Shown here in pieces: positions 41,191-52,174 of a stretch of 64,000 bases of DNA (the stretch's first letter is position 1; the number at the start of each line of letters is the position of its first letter). The notes beneath the pieces are model-generated. The model saw only the letters and a list, made by a program, of their open reading frames with translations, searched no databases and had not been told where the DNA came from. Source of the DNA: Terriglobia bacterium (GTDB taxonomy: Bacteria; Acidobacteriota; Terriglobia; 20CM-2-55-15); contig CBDCLE010000002.1 of assembly GCA_965218585.1 (NCBI GenBank), positions 384,001-448,000 of the forward strand, in the 5' to 3' direction. Both the position numbers and the translations under genes were made by a program.

Positions 41191-43847
41191 ACTGCCACCC
41201 CACAGCATTTCTTGTATTTCTTGCCGCTTCCACACGGGCAAGGGTCGTTCCGGCCAACCTTGGCGCCGTCCCGTTTGACCGGTTTCTTAGGACCGGTCTT
41301 GCCACCCTGATTGGACGTTACGAATCGTTGTCGCTTTCGGCGCCGCTCCATCTGCTCGGCCTGCTTCTGTTGATCGACGGGTTGGAGAAGGAACAGGAAC
41401 CGGATGGCGTCTTCCTCGATCCGGTCCATCAGTTCTTGAAAAAGCTCGAAAGATTCCTTCTTGTACTCGATGAGAGGATTCCGTTGGCCATACCCACGCA
41501 GTCCGATGCCTTCCTTCAGATGGTCCATGGCCAGCAGATGGTCTTTCCACTGAGAATCTACTATCTGCAGCATGAGCATCCGTTCGTGGAATCGCATTGC
41601 TTCGGGAGTAATGAGCTGTTCCTTTTCGTCGTACTTGCGGTGAGCGATTCCAAGGAGTGCTTCTTCCAGTTCTTCGGAATTCAAATCGTCCGGATTGATG
41701 TCCTCCGCCTTGTAGTCGAATCCGTACTGGCGCAGCATGGCCTGGCGGAGACCATCCAGATCCCATTCTCCCGGATGGATGTCTTCGGATGCGAACTGCG
41801 ACACCAGCGACTCTAGAATTTCGTCCGAGGTAGTACGGATATAGTCCTTCTGGTCGGGGTCTTCGAGCAGCTGCTTGCGCAGGCCGTAGATCGCCTCACG
41901 CTGCTTGTTCATCACGTCGTCATATTCGAGAACGTGTTTGCGCGCTGCGAAGTGTTGGCCTTCCACACGCTTTTGTGCCCCTTCGATCTGTTTGGAAACC
42001 ATCCTGGATTCGATCGGGATGCCCTCGTCCATTCCAAGTTTCTGCATGATTCCCGAAATCCGATCCGCGGCGAAGATGCGCATAAGGTCGTCTTCGAGAG
42101 AAACAAAGAAGCGCGAGGATCCAGGATCTCCCTGGCGGCCGGAGCGTCCACGTAGCTGGTTGTCGATCCGGCGTGCCTCATGGCGTTCGGTTCCGATGAT
42201 GTGGAGTCCACCCAGTTCTACGACCTCTTCATGCTCCGTCTGTATTTTCGGGCGGACCTGATCGAGGGCTTCCTCCATTTGCTCGGGTGTGGCCTCGTCG
42301 GGATTTACGTTCGCTTTTCGCAAAGCATTCCGTGCAAGGAAATCGGGATTGCCGCCCAATAAGATATCCGTTCCGCGGCCCGCCATGTTTGTGGCGATCG
42401 TCACGGCGCCCTTGCGTCCCGCCTGAGCGACGATTTCAGCCTCCTTCGCGTGGTACTTGGCGTTCAGGACGACGTGCTTGATCCCTTTTCGCTTGAGCAT
42501 CGAGCTCAGCTTTTCGGATTTGTCGATGGAGATCGTGCCCACCAGCGTGGGCTGCCCGAGCTCATTGAGCTGCTTGATTTCCTCGGCCACCGCGTTGAAC
42601 TTCTCTCGCTCAGTCCGATAAATGACATCGGAGTACTCGATGCGCCCGAGTTCACGGTTGGTTGGGATGACGAGGACATCGAGGTTGTAGATGTTGCCGA
42701 ATTCCTCGGCTTCGGTTTCCGCCGTTCCAGTCATCCCGGCCAGTTTGTCGTACATCCGGAAATAATTCTGGAACGTGATCGACGCGAGGGTTTGATTTTC
42801 CTGCTGAATCTTCAGTCCTTCTTTTGCTTCCACTGCCTGGTGTAATCCGTCGCTCCACCGGCGTCCCGGCATGAGCCGCCCGGTAAACTCGTCGACGATC
42901 TGGACCTCGCCGTCTTTGACCATGTAGTCGACGTCGCGTTTGAACAGCGTGTGTGCCTTCAGGCTCTGGTTGATGTGGTGGAGGATCTCCATGTTGGCAG
43001 GATCGTAGAGGTTCTCGACGGACATCAACCCCTCGGCGCGTCCTACACCTTCTTCGGTGAGCGTTGCCGTGCGGTGCTCCTCATCGGTCTGGAAATCAAT
43101 GTCCCTACGCAGTCGGGGGATGATCTTGTCGATCTTGTAGTACTTGTCGGTGGCTTCGTCGCTTGGTCCGGAGATGATCAACGGCGTTCGGGCTTCGTCG
43201 ACGAGTATCGAGTCGACTTCGTCAACGACCGCGAAATTGTGATTCCGCTGAACCAGGTGGCCAACATCAAACTTCATGTTGTCGCGCAGGTAGTCGAATC
43301 CGAACTCGTTGTTGGTTCCGTAGGTAATGCCCGCCGCGTAAGCCTCCCGGCGCTCCTTCTCGTCCATTCCGTGCTGAATGACGCCGACTTCGAGGCCAAG
43401 GAATCGGTAGACGCGTCCCATCCAGTCCGCATCCCGGTGAGCCAGATAGTCGTTGACGGTGACGACATGGATGCCTTTACCACCCAGACCATTCAGATAG
43501 GCGGGGAGAGTTGCCACCAGAGTCTTACCTTCACCCGTCTTCATCTCGGCAATGCGGCCGGTGTGAAGCGCGTAGCCCCCGATCAGCTGGACGTCGTAGT
43601 GACGCATGTCCAGAACGCGCTTGCCCGCTTCGCGCCCAACGGCGAAAGCTTCAGGAAGGAGATCGTCCAGAGGTTCACCCTGATCAATTCTTTCCCGGAA
43701 TTCTGATGTTTTAGCCTGGAGTTGCTCGTCGGTCAGACCCGACAGGGAAGGTTCCAGTTCGTTGACGGCGGCAACGAGGGGTTGGATCTTTTTCAGCTCG
43801 CGGTCGTTTCTAGAACCGACGACTTTCTTAACAATACTGTCGAGCAT
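41187..43847 (-). CDS. secA: Preprotein translocase SecA
   Basis: [47 protein letters not shown] motif [13 protein letters not shown]. Confidence 0.98.
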   Translation of the reverse strand: MLDSIVKKVVGSRNDRELKKIQPLVAAVNELEPSLSGLTDEQLQAKTSEFRERIDQGEPLDDLLPEAFAVGREAGKRVLDMRHYDVQLIGGYALHTGRIAEMKTGEGKTLVATLPAYLNGLGGKGIHVVTVNDYLAHRDADWMGRVYRFLGLEVGVIQHGMDEKERREAYAAGITYGTNNEFGFDYLRDNMKFDVGHLVQRNHNFAVVDEVDSILVDEARTPLIISGPSDEATDKYYKIDKIIPRLRRDIDFQTDEEHRTATLTEEGVGRAEGLMSVENLYDPANMEILHHINQSLKAHTLFKRDVDYMVKDGEVQIVDEFTGRLMPGRRWSDGLHQAVEAKEGLKIQQENQTLASITFQNYFRMYDKLAGMTGTAETEAEEFGNIYNLDVLVIPTNRELGRIEYSDVIYRTEREKFNAVAEEIKQLNELGQPTLVGTISIDKSEKLSSMLKRKGIKHVVLNAKYHAKEAEIVAQAGRKGAVTIATNMAGRGTDILLGGNPDFLARNALRKANVNPDEATPEQMEEALDQVRPKIQTEHEEVVELGGLHIIGTERHEARRIDNQLRGRSGRQGDPGSSRFFVSLEDDLMRIFAADRISGIMQKLGMDEGIPIESRMVSKQIEGAQKRVEGQHFAARKHVLEYDDVMNKQREAIYGLRKQLLEDPDQKDYIRTTSDEILESLVSQFASEDIHPGEWDLDGLRQAMLRQYGFDYKAEDINPDDLNSEELEEALLGIAHRKYDEKEQLITPEAMRFHERMLMLQIVDSQWKDHLLAMDHLKEGIGLRGYGQRNPLIEYKKESFELFQELMDRIEEDAIRFLFLLQPVDQQKQAEQMERRRKRQRFVTSNQGGKTGPKKPVKRDGAKVGRNDPCPCGSGKKYKKCCGVAV

Positions 43848-43953
43848 CCTTAAGGATAGCCTGAATCGAAATCGTAGGGTAGAGGGGGAACGAACTAAAC
43901 GGGGAGATATCCTGAAAAATTCGTTAGAGGAAGCGATCTGTTGACCACGTGGT

Positions 43954-44140
43954 CCGACTCATGTGGGCGGTTGATGGAGACGAAGACTTGCAGCCCTCGC
44001 TCAAGCGGTCATCCTGACCGAGCGAGGTTCGCCGCACGCAGTCTCCCGACTGCGCGCCCGTTTGCTTACCTAATACTGTCGTCCTCTTCTATAGGACCCG
44101 CACGGTTCGTCCGTGCGGGTAATCAACGAGGCGGAGCCGA
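43954..44140 (-). ncRNA. Candidate structured RNA upstream of secA
   Basis: Closing stems and three internal hairpins, including a GGGA tetraloop; starts just downstream of TTCGCA-N17-TACACT. Confidence 0.5.
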
Positions 44141-44146
44141 GGCGAT

Positions 44147-44175
44147 AGTGTAAGGAGATGACGGATCAATGCGAA
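44147..44175 (-). promoter_or_regulatory. Putative sigma-70 promoter for the structured RNA / secA leader
   Basis: TTCGCA-N17-TACACT. Confidence 0.5.
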
Positions 44176-44189
44176 AGGCCAGGAACGGA

Positions 44190-45113
44190 CTAGTCCGCGA
44201 TCGCGGACGTTGCAACCGGCAGATAGTTTCGGGGATTGAGCGGCCGGTCGTTCAGGCGGACCTCATAGTGGAGATGGGGTCCTGTACTGCGGCCCGAGTT
44301 GCCAACATATCCGATTACATTGCCCTTTAACACTTTCTCGCCGACCCCGGCCTCGAAGCGGGAAAGGTGGCCGAAGCGTGTCGTGACCCCTCCACCGTGA
44401 TCGACGACGACCAGGTTGCCGTAAAGGGCCTGACGGCCTACGTAGATGATTTCTCCATCTGCCGGCGTACGGACGACGGTTCCATAGAGTGCACCGATGT
44501 CCAGCGCCCGGTGTTGTTCAGTGGCTCCCGTAAACGGATCGCGTCGCCGGCCATATGAACTTCGGATCGGTCCAGTGACCGGCCACATGGAAGGTGTCGA
44601 CAGGAGTTTGCCCGCCCGCAATTCCGCGACCTGTTCGACGAAACGGAACTGGTCTTCCAGGTCCAAGGTCCGATCACGAGCGACGTCGATGCTGTCGCGC
44701 GGGGTGAGGCTGGCAATCATGGCTGCCGTGGGGTAGTCTTCCAGCGTTCCTCCGATACCGCCACCTTCGAGCAGCCCGAACCGTTGGTTCCAGGTATCGG
44801 TCAGCATCATCTCCTGGATCCGGACGGACAGATCTTCCAGTCTCTCAATCTTTGTATTGAGCTGACGGGTCGCGACCTCGAAGTTCTTGTTTTCTACTTT
44901 GAGTTCCGTGTTTTCGGTACGAAGCTGGTTGTAGTCGGCAGTCTGGAGTGCCATTCGCGCGTAGTTGAATCCCAGACCTACGATGACGAAGAAGCCGACC
45001 AACAGAATCAGGGAAACCGTGTAAAGTGCGGCCAGAGGAATGCGGAGTTTGTGAAGCCCCGAACTGGCGTTCGGGACGATTATTAACGTATAAGAATTCT
45101 TGCCCATCGGCAC
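44190..45113 (-). CDS. M23-family peptidoglycan endopeptidase with TM and coiled coil
   Basis: TPSMWPV, HRALDI, FGHL, GRSTGPHLHYEV. Confidence 0.92.
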   Translation of the reverse strand: MPMGKNSYTLIIVPNASSGLHKLRIPLAALYTVSLILLVGFFVIVGLGFNYARMALQTADYNQLRTENTELKVENKNFEVATRQLNTKIERLEDLSVRIQEMMLTDTWNQRFGLLEGGGIGGTLEDYPTAAMIASLTPRDSIDVARDRTLDLEDQFRFVEQVAELRAGKLLSTPSMWPVTGPIRSSYGRRRDPFTGATEQHRALDIGALYGTVVRTPADGEIIYVGRQALYGNLVVVDHGGGVTTRFGHLSRFEAGVGEKVLKGNVIGYVGNSGRSTGPHLHYEVRLNDRPLNPRNYLPVATSAIAD

Positions 45114-45218
45114 CTTGATCAGCCCTGGAGAGCGCAGCTATAGAATTGGAACTTCCGAGGCGCTGTCTATTTCTATGATTTTCAATAACTTATCCGCAAG
45201 AAAGGCGAATTGTAGCAA

Positions 45219-46253
45219 ATGGCCAAAGGCAGGGTCAAGTTAAAATTTATCAAGCGTTTGTCTCTTGGCATGGCTCTGCTGGCTGGCGTCTCCTTGATTC
45301 TCTCCCTCCTGGGCTGGATTCCGGGGGGTCTGGTTGAGAGTCTTTACGCCAGAAGGGTTTATCCGCTTGCATCTTCTTTGATGAGCATCCTTGCTCCTCC
45401 CGTAGCGATTTCCTGGATCGACATCCTTTTGCCCGCTTCGTTGTTTGGTGTCATCTATCTCGCCTGGCGGCGGAAATTCCTCGAGATATTGGGCCTGATC
45501 TCGTTTGGATACCTGATTTTCTTCTGGACCTGGGGGCTGAACTACCACAGGCCACCATTGGCGACGAAGCTGGACTTCAGTACAGACCGCATCGACGCTG
45601 AATCGGTGGCGGCCCTGACCCAGGAGACCGCAGCCGCTCTGAATGCTCTGTACCCGGAACGAACCACGGTGTTTTTCAATGATTCGGGTCTGGCCGCTGA
45701 GGCAGACCGGCGTGTGAGGGCAGTTGTCGCGGAGTTGGATGGCACTTCCTGGTCGGTGGGTTCACGCATGAAGTCTTCTCGGGTACTCAATCCGTTTTTT
45801 CGCGCGGCCGGCGTCGACGGGATGTTCAACCCGTTCGGGCACGAGGCAATTGTCACGCGGGGCCTGCTGCCCTTCGAGATGCCCATGATCGTCTCGCACG
45901 AAGTGGCGCACGTCCGTGGTTACCCCGACGAAGGTGATGCGAACTTCGTCGCCCTGATGGCGGCCCTGCACTCGTCGAATCCCGCGTTTCGGTACAGTGG
46001 CTGGCTGACCTTGTGGCTCTACCTCAGGACGTCCGAATTGGACGTGCTGCTCGATGAGGGCCCCAGCAGTGACGTCGAAGCCGTGTACGCCCGGGTCGCC
46101 GACGGACGCATCGAATGGGTCGGTCGGACGCAGACGAGGAGTCTGGATTTGTTCCTGAGGGCCAACCAGGTCGAGGGCGGCATCCGAAGCTATGCCGAGA
46201 TCATCAATCTTGCGGTTGGAACCCGCCCCTTCTGGGACCGCTTTGCAGAATGA
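45219..46253 (+). CDS. DUF3810-family membrane zincin-like protein
   Basis: WGLNYHR, GMFNPFGHEA, HEVAH...DEGDANF, RYSG. Confidence 0.8.
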   Translation: MAKGRVKLKFIKRLSLGMALLAGVSLILSLLGWIPGGLVESLYARRVYPLASSLMSILAPPVAISWIDILLPASLFGVIYLAWRRKFLEILGLISFGYLIFFWTWGLNYHRPPLATKLDFSTDRIDAESVAALTQETAAALNALYPERTTVFFNDSGLAAEADRRVRAVVAELDGTSWSVGSRMKSSRVLNPFFRAAGVDGMFNPFGHEAIVTRGLLPFEMPMIVSHEVAHVRGYPDEGDANFVALMAALHSSNPAFRYSGWLTLWLYLRTSELDVLLDEGPSSDVEAVYARVADGRIEWVGRTQTRSLDLFLRANQVEGGIRSYAEIINLAVGTRPFWDRFAE

Positions 46254-46289
46254 GGGCTGCTCGCTCGGGGCTGGCAGCTGGCGGTTTCA

Positions 46290-48053
46290 TCACCAGAATC
46301 GTCGTTCGACGTAACCGTAAAAGTTGTTTTCTTTCCCGTTCGTGTTTCGTCCGTACAGGACGGTGAACGAAGCGGTCGGTGTCTCGAAGCGGAGTCCGGC
46401 GCCGACATCGTTGAGCCATTCTCCCTGACGGAAAATCCGTTGACGGTCGAACGTTTTCGCGGAATCGAAGAACCCCATGGCTTTGACTTCGATGAAGGGA
46501 ATACTCAGCGTATTAAACAGCGGGATCGTGACCAACCGATGCTCGATATCCGTGTTGAGAAGAACGAAGTCTGTGCCCATCGGAGCTCTTCCGTAGCGCC
46601 CGCTGTCGGCCGCTATATGGCCCCTGAGGCGGTGGTCGGTCAGACTCGTCAACCCCAAAAGGAAATAGTGATCCACAGGGATGTCCCCCCGGGACGTACC
46701 GCCGGTCACCGACCAGTCGAAGACCGTGCGTGCGTCTTTGGTGATGTGAAAACGGTTCGCAATCTCGATCGTTCCACCGCTGAAGTCGAAATCGCCGATC
46801 AAAGACTCGCGTGCGAGAAATCCGTTGACCTTCAGTCGGTTGTTGTATCGGCCTTCCAGCGTCGTGAGTACCATCCCGAAATCGAGCGTTCCAGAATTTC
46901 TCTCGTCCATCCCTAACGCGGCGATGCTTCCCACAGCGTCGCGGTTCCTGTATTCGAAGCCGACGTCTATTTCGACCTGATGAACGGGTGTCAGCTTGAG
47001 AACTGCTTCCACACTGTTGACCTTATAGTGGAACTCAGCCTCGGACCCGAAAACGTCCCGAATCGACGGAGACAGGTTCCATCGTTCCGACCGCCAAGTG
47101 TCCCGAAATTCGACAACAGGCAGCGAGGACAAGGGGAGGGGAACGATCAGTTCGCCCCGAAGCCTTCGGCGGTCCTCATCCCACCGAAAACTGGATCTCC
47201 AGCTGATTCCGGAAAAACCGATATCCCAGATGTCCAGGTAGGTCGTTTCTACCGGCAACCCGCGGACAAGATCGATCAGGATTTCCGTCGGTGTGTTGGT
47301 CCGGTTGGATGTTCGGACTATCGCGTTATAAAGGTCTTCTCCTCCTGAGGGTTCGACGTCGAGTCCGACGTTGGAAAATAGTCGGCTCCTGAACAGGCGT
47401 GACTGGGTCGTTTTCCATTCTTCGTACGTGAGCGTGTCCCCGGACCCGAACGTCAATGCCTGTGGGACCGCCCAATGGATAAAGCCGGGAGAGAAATTTT
47501 CAAACACGTCGTCGATCTGAGGTCTGCCGACCCGGTTCCAGATCGCCAGCGCCTCCTCCACATCGCCTTCAGAAAGGCGAATTGAAGCCAGTAGATCAGA
47601 AGCGTATGCATCGTCGGGATCGATGGCGAGGGCGCGATTGAGAGCCGCTACAGCAGCTTCAACGTCGCTATCGGCTAGATAAACTCCGGCTGTTTCATTG
47701 TGAAATCGTGTGTTGGCCGGATAGAGCCGGGCAGCCTGTTCAAAAAGTTCGAGAGCGCGATCGTATTGGGTAAGGTTGGCATGTGCCAGGCCCAGATACA
47801 GATAGGCATCCGGTGTGGGATTCTCCTCGACAACGGGCGTCAGGATTTCTATGGCTTCGAGGTGTTCTTCGTTAGCAATCGCTTCGCGTGCTTCTTCGAC
47901 CTGAGAGAAAGCCGTTTGTCCCATCAGCATGAGGCATACCAGGAGACCGGCACTCATCTGCGGGGCTACCCGCAATCTTCCAACGAAGCCGTTCTCCTGT
48001 GCCGGGGACCAGGCGCCGGCCGGGCGACGTCCATTGCTGCTGTCCTTATTCAT
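46290..48053 (-). CDS. TPR protein with a C-terminal outer-membrane beta-barrel-like region (start uncertain)
   Basis: AYLYLGLA TPRs; C-terminal FFDSA...DVGAGLRF...YVERRFW, reminiscent of Omp85-type barrels. Confidence 0.65.
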   Translation of the reverse strand: MNKDSSNGRRPAGAWSPAQENGFVGRLRVAPQMSAGLLVCLMLMGQTAFSQVEEAREAIANEEHLEAIEILTPVVEENPTPDAYLYLGLAHANLTQYDRALELFEQAARLYPANTRFHNETAGVYLADSDVEAAVAALNRALAIDPDDAYASDLLASIRLSEGDVEEALAIWNRVGRPQIDDVFENFSPGFIHWAVPQALTFGSGDTLTYEEWKTTQSRLFRSRLFSNVGLDVEPSGGEDLYNAIVRTSNRTNTPTEILIDLVRGLPVETTYLDIWDIGFSGISWRSSFRWDEDRRRLRGELIVPLPLSSLPVVEFRDTWRSERWNLSPSIRDVFGSEAEFHYKVNSVEAVLKLTPVHQVEIDVGFEYRNRDAVGSIAALGMDERNSGTLDFGMVLTTLEGRYNNRLKVNGFLARESLIGDFDFSGGTIEIANRFHITKDARTVFDWSVTGGTSRGDIPVDHYFLLGLTSLTDHRLRGHIAADSGRYGRAPMGTDFVLLNTDIEHRLVTIPLFNTLSIPFIEVKAMGFFDSAKTFDRQRIFRQGEWLNDVGAGLRFETPTASFTVLYGRNTNGKENNFYGYVERRFW

Positions 48054-48074
48054 GCGAATGATTATAATTTCTCG

Positions 48075-48614
48075 ATGAAGTACTTCTCGTGTTTTCTTCT
48101 CATGCTGGCTTCAGTGACTCCTCTCCACGCGGGTGACTTCACTCTTTTCGGTGGATTCAATCGTCCGGGCCAGATAACGCTGGGACAGAGCTCGACCGCA
48201 GTCTCGGGTACGACAGGGCAACTCCTGACGGACGCCAAAGACTTCGGTGTTTTCGGCGCACGCCTCTACCGGTCCAATGCACCTGTCGGGTTCGAACATA
48301 CCCTGGCTTTCAGTCCGAACTTCGTGGACAGTCGGGCAAGCGCTGTGATCTACAACACCAACCTGCGGGTTCACCTTCCGGCCGCCACCGTTCGACCTTA
48401 CGGGACGGTTGGAATCGGCCTGGTTCGGGCGGGCGGGAGCGGCCCTGCTTCTTTCGGCACCAAGTTCAGCATCAACTACGGTGTGGGTGTGATGGCATCC
48501 GTTTTCGGACCAGTGGGTGTCCGTGTGGATGTCCGGGGGTATTCGATCCGGGGCGTGGAGGATCAGACGCTCAGTGTCCTGGAGTCGAGTGTTGGTCTGG
48601 TCTTCGCTTTCTAG
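48075..48614 (+). CDS. Small outer-membrane beta-barrel protein
   Basis: Signal peptide; RPYGTVGIG, NYGVGV, GVRVDVR; terminal F. Confidence 0.8.
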   Translation: MKYFSCFLLMLASVTPLHAGDFTLFGGFNRPGQITLGQSSTAVSGTTGQLLTDAKDFGVFGARLYRSNAPVGFEHTLAFSPNFVDSRASAVIYNTNLRVHLPAATVRPYGTVGIGLVRAGGSGPASFGTKFSINYGVGVMASVFGPVGVRVDVRGYSIRGVEDQTLSVLESSVGLVFAF

Positions 48615-48623
48615 GTTCGCATC

Positions 48624-49817
48624 ATGATGAGAGGCTCCTCCTTCAAATGGCTTGCTGCCCTCGCTCTGACGGCTTCCATGTCGGTCGGGGCGTTGTCTCC
48701 CCTACGCATCGAAACGACCGTTCGGTGGCTGTCCGATTCCATGCGGGAAGGGCGGGCCTCAGCCAGCGATGGAGCGGATGCAACCGGAGACTACCTTCTG
48801 GAGCAGTTTCTCGAAATGGGCCTTGAGGCCGAGTTCCAGAATATCGATTTGGAGAGGCGAAACGTTGTTGGACGGCTGGGTACCTCCCTGCGGCATATCG
48901 TCATCGGCGCACATTACGACGGGCAGGGAAGAGGGTTTCCTTCCGCAAGCGACAACGCGGCCGGCGTGGCGGTGATGTTGGAACTGGCGCGCGAGCTGGC
49001 GGACGCGGAGTTGGGCGCGTCTTTGTTATTTGTCGCCTTCGATGACGAAGAGCGAGGACTCAACGGATCCCGGCACTATGTCGCCAACCCGATTCTGCCG
49101 CTGGACGATGCGCTTGGCGTCATCATCATGGACACGATGGGCCGCAGCTTCATCGATCTGGAGCGCTGGACTCTGATCGTTCTCGGCGCAGAGTTCGCAC
49201 CTCGGCTGGGAGAGATCGTCGGTTCCCACGGCGGGGAAGAGCTCACGCTCCTCGGCACCGATCTGGTGGGACCGCGAAGTGATTTTGCACCCTTTGCTGC
49301 TGCCGGGGTGCCCTACCTGTTTTTCTCGAACGCGACCCACGCCGACTACCACGGCCGGGGCGATACGCCCGATCGATTGAACTATTCGCGCCTGGACTCT
49401 GATGGCGAGACGATCCGGCAGGTCGTACTGGACATCGCGAGGCTCGATACGCGCCCGGAGTACCTGGCGTCACCCATATATCCGGAGAACGAAGCGTCTC
49501 GGCTCGTTCAGTTGATGGGGACAATCGAGATCGAGCGGAGTGAGGTGGCCGCTCGGTACGGGGTATTGTTTGATGACCTGAGAGAGCGGTTGATGGATCA
49601 GCCGACGCGCCAGGAATTGCGGTTGGCCACCTCGGTCCTGTTGGCCGTTGCAACCCCAAGTGTGTCTTCGTTCTCGTTATCGTCTCTGATCGGACCCTTC
49701 TATGAGGCGGAGGGGAAGTCCGATCAGGCCTTGGCTGCCTACAGGGAAGCTCTTCGTTCGACAAGCAACCCCTTCGCACGGGGAACGTTGGAAGACAAGA
49801 TCCGATCCCTGGATTGA
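48624..49817 (+). CDS. M28-family peptidase
   Basis: GAHYD, ASDNAAG, DDEERGL, RSDFAPF, DYHGRGD. Confidence 0.9.
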   Translation: MMRGSSFKWLAALALTASMSVGALSPLRIETTVRWLSDSMREGRASASDGADATGDYLLEQFLEMGLEAEFQNIDLERRNVVGRLGTSLRHIVIGAHYDGQGRGFPSASDNAAGVAVMLELARELADAELGASLLFVAFDDEERGLNGSRHYVANPILPLDDALGVIIMDTMGRSFIDLERWTLIVLGAEFAPRLGEIVGSHGGEELTLLGTDLVGPRSDFAPFAAAGVPYLFFSNATHADYHGRGDTPDRLNYSRLDSDGETIRQVVLDIARLDTRPEYLASPIYPENEASRLVQLMGTIEIERSEVAARYGVLFDDLRERLMDQPTRQELRLATSVLLAVATPSVSSFSLSSLIGPFYEAEGKSDQALAAYREALRSTSNPFARGTLEDKIRSLD

Positions 49818-49983
49818 GACCTTCACGCAAATTTTGCGCAGTTAACAGGCCCATCCGCGGTTCTGCCTGCCCATAAAATGGGCCAAATCGAGCCCATTAC
49901 TCCCGAGTTTCTCCACGAAAAAGTAATTTTTTATGTTTGTAAAGCATTGAAATAATTATATGTTTGTAAATGTCAAGCGAATT

Positions 49984-50001
49984 TTCAATCATTCGCTTGA
50001 A
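49984..50001. promoter_or_regulatory. Putative TetR operator palindrome
   Basis: TTCAA-N8-TTGAA in an AT-rich region just upstream of the tetR gene. Confidence 0.5.
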
Positions 50002-50036
50002 TTACTTGTTTGAATTCTGCTACGTTCATAACTGTT

Positions 50037-50711
50037 ATGGCTGATACCAAAGAACAGATTCTCGCCGCCGCCGAATCGCTGTTCGCCGAGCACGGTATTG
50101 AGGCAGTACCGCTGAGACGAATCATCGCGGAAGCGGGCGTCAACTCCGCTGCGATCCACTACCACTTCGGTTCGAAAGAAGAACTCGTTCGTGCAGTCTT
50201 CGCTCGTCGGTTCGACCCGATCAACCGGGCTCGGCTGGATCTGCTGACCGCGGCTGAAGAGAAAGCGGTCGACGGACGCCCGTCGGTCGAGGACGTCCTC
50301 TACGCGATGGTCGCACCACCGTTTCAATCAGAGCCGAGAGAAAAGGGGTGCGCACAGTACAGTCGTCTTGCCGGTCGTCTTTTCACAGAGCGTTCCGGTT
50401 ATCTGGAGGCCATATTCAACGACCTCTTCAGGGAAGTGGAATTGCGTTTTAACGAAACCATCACGAAAGCACTACCAGAATTTCCCGACGACGAGAGAGC
50501 CTGGCGCATGTTCATGGCCATGGGTTCGATGATTTTTGTGCTGAGAGAGCAGGAGTGGATCTGTAAGGCAAGTAATGGCTTGTGCGATTTCAAAGACACG
50601 GGCAAGGCCATCGAACGAGTTGTTCAATTTATGGCAGCTGGACTCAGAGCACCGATTCGGGATGCCGAAGGCGTTGACGACTTTGTTCCCGTAGAGAGGA
50701 GTTCTCGATGA
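50037..50711 (+). CDS. TetR-family regulator (PsrA-like)
   Basis: TKEQILAAAESLFAEHG...AGVNSAAIHYHFGSKEEL. Confidence 0.93.
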   Translation: MADTKEQILAAAESLFAEHGIEAVPLRRIIAEAGVNSAAIHYHFGSKEELVRAVFARRFDPINRARLDLLTAAEEKAVDGRPSVEDVLYAMVAPPFQSEPREKGCAQYSRLAGRLFTERSGYLEAIFNDLFREVELRFNETITKALPEFPDDERAWRMFMAMGSMIFVLREQEWICKASNGLCDFKDTGKAIERVVQFMAAGLRAPIRDAEGVDDFVPVERSSR

Positions 50712-52174
50712 AGCGATGGCAGGCACTTGTTTTTCCGGTCGTGATGATTGTGGCCGTGGGATGCGCGAAGAGCATTCCGACCCCTCAGCACAACCTCAGC
50801 ATTGCGGCACCGGAGGAGTGGACCGGCGGCGGGTTGGAGACGGGAACCCTCGACCAGGATTGGTGGATCTACTTTGAAGATGCCGACCTGAACCGGGCGA
50901 TTTCCGAGGCTCTTGAGGGAAACCACGACCTTCGCGCGGCTGCGGCGAGAATCGAAACGGCCCGTGCGGATGCTCTTATCGCGGGGGCCCCATTGCTGCC
51001 TGATACGAACTTAACGGTGGGGCGTAGTCAGCAGCGGCAGAACTTCATCGGCTTTCCGATTCCGGGAAGCGAATCGAACGTTTTGAGTACGACGTCCACG
51101 AACTACACCCTACGACTGAACGCAAGCTGGGAGCCTGATCTATGGGGGCGGATCCTCTCCGGTGAGCTTGGGGCGGTGACCAACACTCGAATCCGATATG
51201 CCGATCTCGCAGCTGCCCGCCTCTCTTTAACGGGTCAGGTTGCGAAAGCCTGGTTTGCCGCGGTCGAGGCCCAGCGGCAGGTCGAACTCGCGGAGATCTC
51301 GCTCGCCAGCTATCGGGTTTCTGCGGACAGGGTTCAGGCGCGTTTCCAGAGTGGCTTACGACCGTCGCTGGATTTGAGGCTGTCGCTGACAGAAGCGGCG
51401 ACGGCAGAAGCGACACTTGAGCAGCGGCTCGAGCAGCGCGATCGTGCCGAGAGGCAGCTCGAGACATTGATGGGTCGATACCCGTCGGGAGATTACGCTC
51501 TGGTTTCGGACCTGCCCGATCTGCCGACTTCGATTCCCGGGGGACTTCCATCCGAGTTGGTGCATCGCCGTCCCGATCTGGTTTCGGCTGAACTACAGGT
51601 TCTGGTCGCCGATACGCGAATCGCACAGGCCCAGGCTGATCTGCGCCCGCGATTCAGCCTCACTTCGGGAACAGGGACGTCGAGTGGCGACCTGCTTGAC
51701 CTGGTTGATAGCGACCTCTTCGTCTGGAACCTCGTAGGGAACATTGTTCAACCCCTATTCAATAACGGACGTCTGAAGGCGACCGTAGAACGGAATCAGA
51801 GTACGGTCGACGAACTGATGGCCAACTATGAGAGCCGGATTCTCCAGTCGTATCGGGAAGTCGAATCCGCTCTGGCCTCGGAGGAACTTCTCCTCCGCCG
51901 GGAGCAGGCCATAGCCGAGGCCGTACGCCAGTCGGTAGCCGCTCAGGAATTAGCCGAAGAACGTTACCGGTTGGGTCTGGCCGACATCATCACTGTGCTT
52001 TCCGCACAACGCACGGCGTACAACTCGGAAAGCCAGTTGCTGACGTTGAGGCGAACGCGACTGGACAATCGAGTCGATCTTCATCTGGCGCTCGGGGGTG
52101 GTTTCGATGGGGGGGATGTGCCCTCCGCCCTCGACCTCTTGGCCTCAGGCAATTTTGAAGGTGAATCCAATTGA
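50708..52174 (+). CDS. RND outer-membrane factor lipoprotein (NodT/OprM family)
   Basis: Lipobox AVGC; ASWEPDLWGR; LPSELVHRRPDL; LHLALGGG. Confidence 0.93.
   Translation: MKRWQALVFPVVMIVAVGCAKSIPTPQHNLSIAAPEEWTGGGLETGTLDQDWWIYFEDADLNRAISEALEGNHDLRAAAARIETARADALIAGAPLLPDTNLTVGRSQQRQNFIGFPIPGSESNVLSTTSTNYTLRLNASWEPDLWGRILSGELGAVTNTRIRYADLAAARLSLTGQVAKAWFAAVEAQRQVELAEISLASYRVSADRVQARFQSGLRPSLDLRLSLTEAATAEATLEQRLEQRDRAERQLETLMGRYPSGDYALVSDLPDLPTSIPGGLPSELVHRRPDLVSAELQVLVADTRIAQAQADLRPRFSLTSGTGTSSGDLLDLVDSDLFVWNLVGNIVQPLFNNGRLKATVERNQSTVDELMANYESRILQSYREVESALASEELLLRREQAIAEAVRQSVAAQELAEERYRLGLADIITVLSAQRTAYNSESQLLTLRRTRLDNRVDLHLALGGGFDGGDVPSALDLLASGNFEGESN

Noticed and set aside
43954-44140. Calling this RNA 6S, a lysine riboswitch or c-di-GMP-I
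   Set aside because: Only partial resemblance; diagnostic motifs are missing, so it is left unassigned.
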